Source of the DNA: Candidatus Obscuribacteraceae bacterium
GTDB taxonomy: Bacteria; Cyanobacteriota; Vampirovibrionia; Obscuribacterales; Obscuribacteraceae
Reading direction: 5' to 3'
Length of the DNA: 64,000 nucleotides
Assembly: GCA_044226015.1 (NCBI GenBank)
Contig: JBGAHS010000007.1
Coordinates: 320,001-384,000, forward strand
The notes under the pieces were generated by a model, which was not told the DNA's origin, did no database searches, and was given only the letters and a program-made list of their open reading frames with translations. A program made the translations under genes and the position numbers. Each line of letters starts with the position of its first letter. Position 1 is the stretch's first letter. Shown here piece after piece: positions 55,019-64,000 of this stretch.

Positions 55019-57559
55019 ATGAACGAGTCCCATTCGTACAAAAAGACTATATTCTGGCGAGGACTGGTAATCGTTCTTGTTCCGCTTATTTTGGGCACTG
55101 TTATCACCTTGAAATTGAATCAGCTCTGGCAAGAAGCTGAGAAGATAGCTAAGGAAGAAAATTGGCAGAACTCCTATTTGCAACAATTCAATCATATGAT
55201 GGGGCTCTTCGAATGGGGGCTTGGCGGAGCAGTTGCGGGCGCGATGGTCAAGGAACGGAATGTCGAAAATGCTAAGGCGAGTTTACAGCCAGTGATGCGC
55301 ACGGAGTTTGCCAAGCTTAAATACGAAGCACGCTTGCATCCCTCTAAGTTTCGCTCAATCACTCAGTTTGAAGCTGTTGCTCTCAAAGAAGCTGATTTGC
55401 TGACACACGTTCCAGACCTTGGAGCAGGGTGGGGAAATATAAAAGTCGAAGTATTAACTCAGTTGCCTAAATTTGCTGTGAAAATGACGCAGTACAACAC
55501 AGAGATGAGGCGAATTCTTCAGTCAGAGTATGAAGATTTGAAGCGTCTACGTCGAAAACAAGATTTGCTCGCCAGAGATTTTGCCATTTCAATTGCGGTA
55601 ATGACTCTTGCAGAGCTATTGGTGGCAGGTGTGTTGGTCTTATCGTTTTCCAAGTCGTTTTCACAGCGCTTAGAAAAGCTGGCTCGCAAGGCGAGCGAAT
55701 TGTCTGACAGCAAGCGAATCGAAACTAGTCTTCGTGGCAATGATGAACTTGCCTACCTCGACCACGTTTTGAGTAGCACTTCCGATATGTTAGAGCAGGC
55801 GGCCGAGCATCGAAAGTCAATACTGTCTATGGTGGCGCATGATATGCGTTCTCCGCTGATGGCCTCGCAAGCTACAATCGAATTGATAGAGCAGAGTACG
55901 CCAGGATTAAGCGAGTCTGCCAAAGCCGTTCTGCAAGAAACGAGGACAGAGCTAGGTAGCATTCTTCAGTACGTAAACTCGCTTCTTGAAGTGCAAAGAG
56001 GCCGTGAGGGGCATCAACTTGAGAAGGTCTCGGAAAAATCATCATTTTATGAAGTGATAGATGGAAGCGCTCGAAAGAAGAATTTCTTGATCGAGATGAG
56101 AAATTTCGTTACTCAGCCGCGAATTTTTCAAAAGAGTTTGCTTTTGGTTATGCTTCCGTTGCTAATGCAGTCTGTGTTGATGGTTTATATCTGTTCTCAG
56201 GTAACGGGAATTCAGCAGGTCATCAAACAAGAGCGCCTCTATAGTGATTTGAATATACTGAATAATTTCCAGCGGATAGATATGGTTCGCTTCACCGGAT
56301 TAGTTCTTTTGTATCTATTCACTAATTCCGAAAAAGCTGATGACAAAGCAAATCATGTTCTTGGTGAACTGAGTAAATCTGCAGATCTAGCGATGCGCTT
56401 AGCGGCAAAGGATCCGGATTGGAGTTCTATTGTCATAGCTACTCGAAATTATAGAGAGCGACAGATTAAAGACTTCCGCGAGCTTCGTCCCTCTGATTCG
56501 CCAGAGAAGGTTCAGCAAGTGATGTTCACATCTGGTGAACTGCGTGAAGGCTTGCCAGAATCGATGAAGGCTCGACGAGACGCGAACAAGCTTGGAGCGA
56601 GGTTCACTATTGAGATTAAAGAAGCAGAAGAGAGATTTGTGCAGTCCCGCCTTGAGCTAGAGCGTGTGTTCATCTATAGCTTGTTGGGCAATTTCGCATT
56701 GGCTGTGTTCCTGCTTCTGGTCTTCAATAGAAACATCTCTGGTCGTCTGGGTTTACTCATTGAGAATGCTTCCTGTTTAGGTCGAAGAAAGGCAATGAGC
56801 AACCGAATTCTTGGGTATGACGAACTTGCCTACCTTGGACTCATACTTTTCAAATCGCAGCAGCAGTTGGACAAAGCCTCAGACCAGCGCTCGGAGATGA
56901 TGGGTTCTCTTGCAAGTGAAATGAGAGAGCCGTTGCTGGTATCGCGCGAATTGATCAACAAATTCGAAGCTGAAGCAGGCTCACTAGCTGCGAGCACGCA
57001 AAAGCAATTGGATCGGGCCGCGAAAAACGTAGAAAGAGTAATAGGATTAATCGATGACCTTCTTAGCATGGAAACGCTTGAGACAGGTAAAGTAAGTATC
57101 GTCAAAGCCAAAACTAATTTGCGAAATTTGGCAGAGACGGCGCTTGCTGCAGTTAGTAGTTTGTCCAGGAAAAAAAATATCGAGTTGCTAAACCTGTGTG
57201 ATTCTGAATTCATGATAAACGTCGATTCTGACCGCATTGTGCAAGTTCTAGTAAACCTACTTGGAAATGCGCTGAAATTTTCGCCGGACAATACTCGAAT
57301 AAGAATTAGTAGTGAAGTTGATCGTGAGTACGTCAAAATCCTCGTAAGTGATGAGGGACCTGGAATGAATCCCGAGACTAGAGCGCAGGTTTTCGAAAAA
57401 TATTTTCAAGCGCAAACGCCCGAGAAAAAGCAGGGCTTTGGTCTCGGGCTTGCTATTTGTCAGCTAATTATTCAATCTCACTCAGGGCAGCTAGGTGTTG
57501 AAAGCGAGGAAGGCAAAGGAAGTACATTCTGGTTTTCTCTGCCCATTTACTCTGAGTGA
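55019..57559 (+). CDS. Membrane sensor histidine kinase with duplicated sensor-HAMP-DHp modules
   Basis: Four TM segments, two G.DELAYL HAMP motifs, H-box VAHDMRSPL, second box LASEMREPL, NLLGNALKF, DEGPG, GFGLGL. Confidence 0.9.
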   Translation: MNESHSYKKTIFWRGLVIVLVPLILGTVITLKLNQLWQEAEKIAKEENWQNSYLQQFNHMMGLFEWGLGGAVAGAMVKERNVENAKASLQPVMRTEFAKLKYEARLHPSKFRSITQFEAVALKEADLLTHVPDLGAGWGNIKVEVLTQLPKFAVKMTQYNTEMRRILQSEYEDLKRLRRKQDLLARDFAISIAVMTLAELLVAGVLVLSFSKSFSQRLEKLARKASELSDSKRIETSLRGNDELAYLDHVLSSTSDMLEQAAEHRKSILSMVAHDMRSPLMASQATIELIEQSTPGLSESAKAVLQETRTELGSILQYVNSLLEVQRGREGHQLEKVSEKSSFYEVIDGSARKKNFLIEMRNFVTQPRIFQKSLLLVMLPLLMQSVLMVYICSQVTGIQQVIKQERLYSDLNILNNFQRIDMVRFTGLVLLYLFTNSEKADDKANHVLGELSKSADLAMRLAAKDPDWSSIVIATRNYRERQIKDFRELRPSDSPEKVQQVMFTSGELREGLPESMKARRDANKLGARFTIEIKEAEERFVQSRLELERVFIYSLLGNFALAVFLLLVFNRNISGRLGLLIENASCLGRRKAMSNRILGYDELAYLGLILFKSQQQLDKASDQRSEMMGSLASEMREPLLVSRELINKFEAEAGSLAASTQKQLDRAAKNVERVIGLIDDLLSMETLETGKVSIVKAKTNLRNLAETALAAVSSLSRKKNIELLNLCDSEFMINVDSDRIVQVLVNLLGNALKFSPDNTRIRISSEVDREYVKILVSDEGPGMNPETRAQVFEKYFQAQTPEKKQGFGLGLAICQLIIQSHSGQLGVESEEGKGSTFWFSLPIYSE

Positions 57560-57571
57560 TGCAATCGCTGC

Positions 57572-58663
57572 TTATTGTTTGAGAGATGCCATATCAATCA
57601 CAAAACGATATTTTACGTCCTGCTTTAGCAATCTCTCGTAGGCTTCGTTGATCTGTTGGATCTTTATAATTTCAATGTCACTCACTATTTTGTGTTTGGC
57701 GCAAAAATCCAACATCTCCTGGGTCTCTTTTATGCCACCTATTCCAGAGCCAGCCAGTTGCTTTCTTGGGAGAAGCAAGCTGAATGCGCTAATAGGAAGC
57801 GGATTCTCTGGGGCACCAACAAGGCATAAGGTTGCATCGAGTTTTAAGAGGCGAAGAAGTGCATTCATGTCGTGATCAGCTGAAACGGTGTCCAGGATGA
57901 AGTCAAAGCTACCGATGTGTTTTTGCATTTCTTCCGCATTTGTGGAAACTATGACTTCCTTTGCTCCAAGTCGTTTGGCGTCGTCAATTTTCTTCGGCGA
58001 TGTCGTAAAGACAACGACATGTGCACCCATTGCGTTTGCTATTTTGACCCCCATGTGTCCGAGTCCACCCAGTCCCACGATGCCAACTTTATCGCCTGCT
58101 TTGACTTTCCAATGGTGAAGAGGAGAATACGTTGTGATGCCTGCGCAGAGGAGAGGGGCTGTGGCAGCTAGATCCATGCCATCTGGAATTCTAAGAACAT
58201 AGTTTTGGTCTACAACAATGCTATCCGAATAGCCACCGTATGTGACACCGCCAAGATGCTTATCTTCACCATTGTAAGTGAGTGTCATAAACTGGTGGCA
58301 ATATTGTTCGACACCGTCTGTGCAGGCAGGGCACTTGCGGCAGCTGTCAACCATGCATCCAACAGCCACTGTGTCACCCACTTTAAAGTTGTGAACGTTG
58401 CTACCTATCTCGGTAACCCTTCCCACTATTTCATGACCGGGTACTACTGGATATATTGTGTTGTGCCATTCGTTTCTTGCCTGATGCAGGTCGGAGTGGC
58501 AAACGCCGCAATAGAGAATTTCGATTGCGACATCTTCGGCTGTGGGTTTGCGTCTTTTGATGTTGAGTTGCGAAAGTGGGGCGTCTGCGGCTTGCGCTGC
58601 AAATGATTTTGCTTCGAATGTCGAGTGATTTGTCGATTTGTTTGTAGCTGTTTCGGTCGTCAT
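57572..58663 (-). CDS. Zn-dependent NADPH alcohol/aldehyde dehydrogenase (YahK/CAD family)
   Basis: CGVCHSD, PGHEIVG, APLLCAGITTYSPL, GLGGLG, YRFVID. GGAG RBS before ATG 58663. Confidence 0.93.
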   Translation of the reverse strand: MTTETATNKSTNHSTFEAKSFAAQAADAPLSQLNIKRRKPTAEDVAIEILYCGVCHSDLHQARNEWHNTIYPVVPGHEIVGRVTEIGSNVHNFKVGDTVAVGCMVDSCRKCPACTDGVEQYCHQFMTLTYNGEDKHLGGVTYGGYSDSIVVDQNYVLRIPDGMDLAATAPLLCAGITTYSPLHHWKVKAGDKVGIVGLGGLGHMGVKIANAMGAHVVVFTTSPKKIDDAKRLGAKEVIVSTNAEEMQKHIGSFDFILDTVSADHDMNALLRLLKLDATLCLVGAPENPLPISAFSLLLPRKQLAGSGIGGIKETQEMLDFCAKHKIVSDIEIIKIQQINEAYERLLKQDVKYRFVIDMASLKQ

Positions 58664-59025
58664 GATTTGCTCCGTTGTTTTTTTTCTTGTTGCAATCGCT
58701 GGTTTGCGGGGTTGAATTCTTACTTCGCTTTTGCGAGTCAATTCATCAATTGTTTTGCGTTTAAGAAAAGCTCGTTTCTTCTAATCTAAGTCAAGATAGC
58801 TTGTGTAATTTAAACTCTGAATTTGCTTCTTGTCTCAAACGTCAAACAGCCAAGCGAGTTTTTCGGGTCGCTCAGTTTGCGCTCGTCCTTATACATAAAA
58901 CTCCATTTCAGAGGCTTCATCAATGCCAAATCCTCCAATTCTTTTGCCTAATTCTGCAAAATGCCGTACTTTTAGGCTGGGCTTGTGTTTTACTGTTATT
59001 GAGCTGTAATTGGTAGGAGCCGGGC

Positions 59026-59955
59026 ATGGGTGAGTTGAAATGCAATCAGAGTCGCATAGTCGAACTGCTGGAAAAACTAACGACGGGACAGGGGATGCGG
59101 CAATCCATCATCGACAGTGTTAAGTTGATGCGCCTTGATGGCAGCACTCCCAGAATGCCAGTTTTGTACGACCCAAGTATCGTTGTCATTGGTCGGGGGC
59201 GAAAGCGGGGTTATATTGGTGCGAATTGTTACACCTACGACCCGCACAACTACCTGGTTTTGTCAGTGCCTATGCCATTTGAATGTGAGACAGAAGTCGG
59301 CGAGGATGGTCCAATGTTGGGAGTTTCTATTGGTGTAGATGTGACCACTATTGGCGAGCTGCTTCTAAAAATGAAACGTCGTCCCGCTCCTGCCGCAGAT
59401 GGACCACTTGGTATATGTGCTACCCCGCTCGACGAGCGGATGACAAATGCAGTCGTGCGCTTGCTTGAATGCATGCAAAATCCTGAGGAGGCGCAAATTT
59501 TTGGACCAAGTATCGTTAGAGAAATTACTTATCATGTACTATGCGGGAAGCATGCCGGAGCGCTGCAAGCCCTGATGACTTTGAACAGTAATTTGGGGCA
59601 GATACAGCGGGCTTTGCACAAGATGCAAACTGATCTTGATTCACCAATTGATATCGCGTCGCTTGCTGAGGAAGCTGGAATGAGTCCTTCTTCCTTTCAT
59701 CACATCTTCAAGTCGGTAACAGCCACTTCGCCATTGCAATATTTGAAAACTCTGCGCTTGCATAAAGCCCGACTACTGATGGTTCATGAGGGATTGAATG
59801 CTGGTGAAGCCGCAGAAAGGGTGGGGTATGAAAGTGCATCGCAATTTAGCCGAGAATTCAAGAGATTTTTTGGTGCCTCTCCGGTTGTTGCTGTGGCTGA
59901 AATGCGGGCGAGATTTGGACTGAATGAATCGAGTCCTGCGCTCATGTCGCAGTGA
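59026..59955 (+). CDS. AraC family regulator (YqhC-like), divergent from the ADH gene
   Basis: AraC_N region (LY.P....I..G.K) and HTH SPLQYLK..RL..AR...VGYESASQFSREFKR.FG. Confidence 0.93.
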   Translation: MGELKCNQSRIVELLEKLTTGQGMRQSIIDSVKLMRLDGSTPRMPVLYDPSIVVIGRGRKRGYIGANCYTYDPHNYLVLSVPMPFECETEVGEDGPMLGVSIGVDVTTIGELLLKMKRRPAPAADGPLGICATPLDERMTNAVVRLLECMQNPEEAQIFGPSIVREITYHVLCGKHAGALQALMTLNSNLGQIQRALHKMQTDLDSPIDIASLAEEAGMSPSSFHHIFKSVTATSPLQYLKTLRLHKARLLMVHEGLNAGEAAERVGYESASQFSREFKRFFGASPVVAVAEMRARFGLNESSPALMSQ

Positions 59956-60472
59956 TATCAAGGTTCTTTGGGCTTTGCTCCTTGGAAAATGTTATTTGTA
60001 CAACAGTCTAGTTTTAGAGTAGTTTCTGTAGAGCGTGTTTCGTTGGTCATGATGCACTCTTGATGTTAAAACGGGCTTGGTCTGCTGATTCTGATGCTGT
60101 CGTGTACATCGTATGTGGTGGCGGAATCGACGCCTGCGCTGCTTAAGTCATGAGTTTGTTCAGGCAGTCCGGAGCATCCAGGCTGCAGCAATTGAACGGA
60201 GGCTCGGTGGACGTTTCGGCGGAGATAAAATCTTTTGGCATCCGTTAGCTGAAGGATTGAGAAGCTGATCTTTGTTCTTTTCGAACTGCTTCTCTAGCAA
60301 TACTTTCCAGATGCCCTGAATTCCTGTGTAGCTGATGGCGTGCGGGAAATACGAAGAATTTATACACTTTCGGGTTATTGACGGAGTGTAATTTGTATGA
60401 AACACCGCTATAGTAATTGCATAAATAAGATGAGGGTAGCTGCTTAGCCCTCACAAAATAAAAGGGGAACCA

Positions 60473-63400
60473 ATGAAGTCGCATCTCTCTGGATGGGGCG
60501 GCGCTTGCGCTGCGTCTTTTGCCTGTACGATGTTCGTATGGCAGCTTCTCTACCCGTTATGCTCCGCCGCACAGGGAAGACCAGGTAGCACGGCGCCTGC
60601 TCCGGCTGCATCTGTGGGCATGGGAGGCGCTGTCGATTTAGGTTCTTCGCAAGTTAACCACGCTGCTCCGAACACTGCGCCTGTCACGATTCGGGTGGGC
60701 GGTTCTGTCCACAATGGCATCGTAAATGGTGGCACTTCACTCACTATTCTGCCTGGCCAGGCTATAACAGCAGCAGCGCTGGCCGCAGTTCAGAGTGTTT
60801 TGAGCACGGGGCATCAGAGCCTGCTCTTATCAACGCAAGGAACCGCATATGGCGGATACCTTGGTGTGACTAACAGTCTGATAAGTGGTGCGAACGGGCT
60901 TACTATCCCATCCGGGGTGACGGCATATTCTATCGGTGCGACCTCGCTAAGTCCTTTGACGATTGATGGTGCGTCAGTTTTGAATGGCGCTTTTTATGCT
61001 TTGCAAAATCAGCCGAACATAACAAGTGTGTTGCAATTCGGTAACCTGACAATTGGGTCGACGGGTACTCTTTCGGGGCATCTTCCCTCCAGCCTTGGAT
61101 TCCTCTCTGGGGTGTACTCTTCTGGGGGGTTGAATCTTAATGTCACCAACAACTTCTTAAACCAGGGGACTGTTTCTACTCCAGGCAACCTATCTATCAA
61201 TGCTGGCGGAAGCATCATCAACCAGAGTCTATCGGGTGTTCTTGCTAGCATCACTGCTTCCTCGGCCAACTTGTTTTCGAATATTGGTCAGGTTGTGAAC
61301 AGTGGTGCAATTACTGCTACGGCTGGAAATCTCAACATAGCTTCTGCTGCTACATCTAACTTGATAGTAAACAATCTTGGTGGTGTTTTGCGAGCAAGCG
61401 AAGCCATCAATATTCGAGATCTGCTTTATAGCTCCAGCTCGAATACTTCCATTATAGGTGGTGATGTTCTCAGCAAAGAGTTGAACATTTTTGGTGGGCA
61501 AGGAGCTGTCTTGGCGCAAGTCGAGAATCTGACGGGTGTGGTCAATTCGTCTGCGTGCACAATTTCAGTTAGTGCTGCTACACCTAACCTTGTTTTTGGC
61601 AATATCAACGCTACTGGTGACCCATTACTCCAGAATACGGCTGGCGATGTCACCATTAGTGGTTCATTTGGTGCAGGCGGCAATACATCTGTTATTGCAT
61701 CCGGTGATGTTCTGGCCGCGGCTGGCTCCAGTCTAACTTTGACCGGTGCTGGTGATGATTTGTTCGTCGTAGCTGGAGCCAACATTCAGGGGTCTGGTCC
61801 ATATATCATTACTGGACCGAAGTCACCGACAGGTGGAAAAATCGACCTCACTGGGATGACTTCTATATCCACTGTTGGTGGCGATATCGTTATGGCTGCT
61901 TACGATGGAGGAAATGTTGATTCTGGAAGAATTATTATTCCGAGTGCGCCCATAACAACTAAAGGTGGAGATGTCACTTTAATTGGTGCCGACCGAAACG
62001 CGGTGGCTACCAATGCGGTGGACATCAAATCTGTTGACACCAGTGGCGGTGGCGCACATTTAGGAAACATTACTATTCGTGCTGCTGACTTACCTTCAAA
62101 CATAAACATAGTTGTTGATGCCAGCGGAAATGCGACTGGCGTGAGCCAGATTAGCAGTTTTGCTGGTGCTCCTCTACCGAGAAATATCAATATCACTGGT
62201 GATTTGATTGCTGATGGCGCTGCTATCAATCTGGTCGCAGGTGATGGAGTAGCCTTTGGTAATATCTTGATCGGTGGGCAGGTAAAAAACAACGCGTCAG
62301 CTGGGCAAGCTGGTTCTTTCACTGTCTTCCAGAATTCTGCTAATCCATTTGTAGTTGGCAATGCTACCGTCAACGGAATTGTGGGTGCTCCGGCGAATTC
62401 AAATTCGATTCTTTTGCTTCCAGGAGCTGCTGGTGCTGGTGGCACTCTGAGTATCACGAACCAGGGCACTGGTGGGATTACCGTCAACAACATGAATTCC
62501 AACATCCAGGCCAAAGCGAGCTCTGGCAATGGTGCCAACTATGTCTTCAGTGCTCTTTCCACTCCTACATCGGGTGGACCCATCACCTTTAATGGTGGTG
62601 GCACGATGGACGCAAGTGCTGTCGGCACAGGCAAGGGTGGAAACATCACCATCAACTCAGGTACATTCACCAATGCTGGTGGTCTATCTACGTTTAAAGC
62701 AGATGGAGCCGGTACAGGTGCTGGCGGAATCATTCAAATCACTAGTCTTGCATCAACAAATGACATTGTGGTTGGAACAGTCTCTCCGGCGATTTCCTTG
62801 TCTGCGCAAGGGGGAGGCACTGGTGGCAATGGCGGAACTATTCAAGTTCAGGCTGGCCGCAATCTTACTGTTGATGTCAACGCTGCCAAAGCAGGTCCTC
62901 TAGCGGGTAACAGTGCGGGAGGCAACTACAGTTTCGAAGCTGGTGCTGGCGGTGCTGGCAATCTCGTGATCACGGGTAATCTGAATGCCAACGGTATTGG
63001 AAGCGGAGCTGGTGGGCAGATATCACTGACTTCAAACAGCAGCACAACTTTCTCTGTCACAGGAGCGACCAACGGTACGACAGGCACGCTCTCCGCTCGC
63101 GGCGGAGCTAGTGGTGGCGATGGAGGAGGTATTTCCATCGTCAACAAGGGAACTGGTGGTATCACTATCACTAATGCTAGCTCAGTGAATGTTTCACCTC
63201 AGGCGGCAGGCAACGGCGGCAATCTGACTGTCAAATCCACTACCGGTGCTATCACGCTTGCTGCTGGCAATTACAGTGCAACTGCAGGTGGTGGCAATTC
63301 AAAGGGTGGCACCTTAGATATAGAAGGTACGGATGTCGCAATATCTTCGAATGCTCCTGTTGTTCTTTTTGCTGATGCAACCGGTACTGGCGCTGGCGGT

Positions 63401-64000
63401 TCGGTGACCTTGAAGGCGACCGGTGTTGGTAAGAACATTCTTATTGACAGCTCTACTACCACAAAGAATTTCCAGGTATCGGCTCGTGGTGGTTCAACGG
63501 GCTCAGCATCCGGCGATGGCGGGTCAATAACTGTAACTGCGGGGGGCAATCTCACTGTCACCGCGAGCTCTAAGTTCGATGCATCACCTGCTGGCAACAA
63601 CGGTAATGGTGCTAAGTATGATCTTGAAGCTGGCACAAATGGCTCAGGCACGCTGCTGATTGGCAAGAGCATCGATGCAAATGCTAAAGGTGTAGGTAAC
63701 GGTGGCAACGTCACATTGATTACTAACACCAGTGGTGCTACTCCTTTTGAAATTGGCACTTCAGCCACTTCTGCAGGTGTTATTGGTACGATAGCAGCAA
63801 AGGGCGGCAGCACTGGAAATGCTGGCAGCATTGTTGTGCGAAATCTTGGTGATAGTGGTATCAAGCTTGATTTGACTACAAACGTTGACGTACATGCCAC
63901 TAATGGCAGTGCTGGCTCCATAGTTCTTGATGCTGCGGCGACGAAGGGTAAAGAAGGAAACATCACGATTCCTAGCGGCACCTTAGATGTGTCGGCTACT
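60473..64000 (+). CDS. Very large secreted Gly/Asn/Thr-rich beta-helical (filamentous-hemagglutinin-like) protein, 3' end outside window
   Basis: Not in the ORF track because it runs off the edge. ATG 60473 follows an AGGGG RBS; MKSHLSGWGGACAASF... signal-like N-terminus; the frame appears open to the window end (read by eye) with recurrent G(N/A)GG.I.(I/L) repeats. Confidence 0.85.
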   Translation, partial: MKSHLSGWGGACAASFACTMFVWQLLYPLCSAAQGRPGSTAPAPAASVGMGGAVDLGSSQVNHAAPNTAPVTIRVGGSVHNGIVNGGTSLTILPGQAITAAALAAVQSVLSTGHQSLLLSTQGTAYGGYLGVTNSLISGANGLTIPSGVTAYSIGATSLSPLTIDGASVLNGAFYALQNQPNITSVLQFGNLTIGSTGTLSGHLPSSLGFLSGVYSSGGLNLNVTNNFLNQGTVSTPGNLSINAGGSIINQSLSGVLASITASSANLFSNIGQVVNSGAITATAGNLNIASAATSNLIVNNLGGVLRASEAINIRDLLYSSSSNTSIIGGDVLSKELNIFGGQGAVLAQVENLTGVVNSSACTISVSAATPNLVFGNINATGDPLLQNTAGDVTISGSFGAGGNTSVIASGDVLAAAGSSLTLTGAGDDLFVVAGANIQGSGPYIITGPKSPTGGKIDLTGMTSISTVGGDIVMAAYDGGNVDSGRIIIPSAPITTKGGDVTLIGADRNAVATNAVDIKSVDTSGGGAHLGNITIRAADLPSNINIVVDASGNATGVSQISSFAGAPLPRNINITGDLIADGAAINLVAGDGVAFGNILIGGQVKNNASAGQAGSFTVFQNSANPFVVGNATVNGIVGAPANSNSILLLPGAAGAGGTLSITNQGTGGITVNNMNSNIQAKASSGNGANYVFSALSTPTSGGPITFNGGGTMDASAVGTGKGGNITINSGTFTNAGGLSTFKADGAGTGAGGIIQITSLASTNDIVVGTVSPAISLSAQGGGTGGNGGTIQVQAGRNLTVDVNAAKAGPLAGNSAGGNYSFEAGAGGAGNLVITGNLNANGIGSGAGGQISLTSNSSTTFSVTGATNGTTGTLSARGGASGGDGGGISIVNKGTGGITITNASSVNVSPQAAGNGGNLTVKSTTGAITLAAGNYSATAGGGNSKGGTLDIEGTDVAISSNAPVVLFADATGTGAGGSVTLKATGVGKNILIDSSTTTKNFQVSARGGSTGSASGDGGSITVTAGGNLTVTASSKFDASPAGNNGNGAKYDLEAGTNGSGTLLIGKSIDANAKGVGNGGNVTLITNTSGATPFEIGTSATSAGVIGTIAAKGGSTGNAGSIVVRNLGDSGIKLDLTTNVDVHATNGSAGSIVLDAAATKGKEGNITIPSGTLDVSAT

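Noticed and set aside
60550..63981. Minus-strand ORFs within the giant surface protein gene
   Set aside because: Antisense shadows of a Gly/Ala/Thr-rich coding frame.

Overview
Gene-dense bacterial chromosomal window. The gene types (eukaryotic-like Ser/Thr kinase, TPR-matrixin paralogs, TrbI-like secreted proteins, a huge Gly-rich beta-helical protein, GTP-PEPCK, no photosynthesis genes) suggest a non-photosynthetic Melainabacteria/Obscuribacterales-type organism; this is inference only. Most of the window is ordinary metabolism, envelope and stress genes: fumC, pckG, hcp, a class-II uvrA, algI/algJ-like genes, a cytochrome c peroxidase with a histidine kinase, a yahK-like ADH with an AraC regulator, and a guanidine-II riboswitch with gdx. 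Two regions stand out. (1) About 17.6-20.9 kb is a three-gene operon (J-domain/pseudokinase, vWA, PurA-like ligase) under a near-consensus sigma70 promoter. That promoter is bracketed by two copies of a GT-N7-AC palindrome of the NrtR-box type. (2) About 34.4-38.7 kb is an RNA-rich island: a 13-unit non-coding 43-bp satellite, an orphan AbiEi/DUF6088-like wHTH gene, a 20-bp GT-rich tandem repeat, and then a single-strand array of 21 tRNA genes plus one tRNA-Glu-like element. Many of these tRNAs are structurally atypical (GGCAGYA T-loops with AG D-loops, Leu tRNAs without a long variable arm). Two highly base-paired non-tRNA segments of about 130 and 290 nt lie inside the array and look like unannotated ncRNAs. 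Also notable are a 1308-aa signal-peptide-less dual peptidoglycan hydrolase and a 120-bp IS200/IS605-end-like element in front of an S53 protease. All calls come from reading motifs by eye; no database searches were run.
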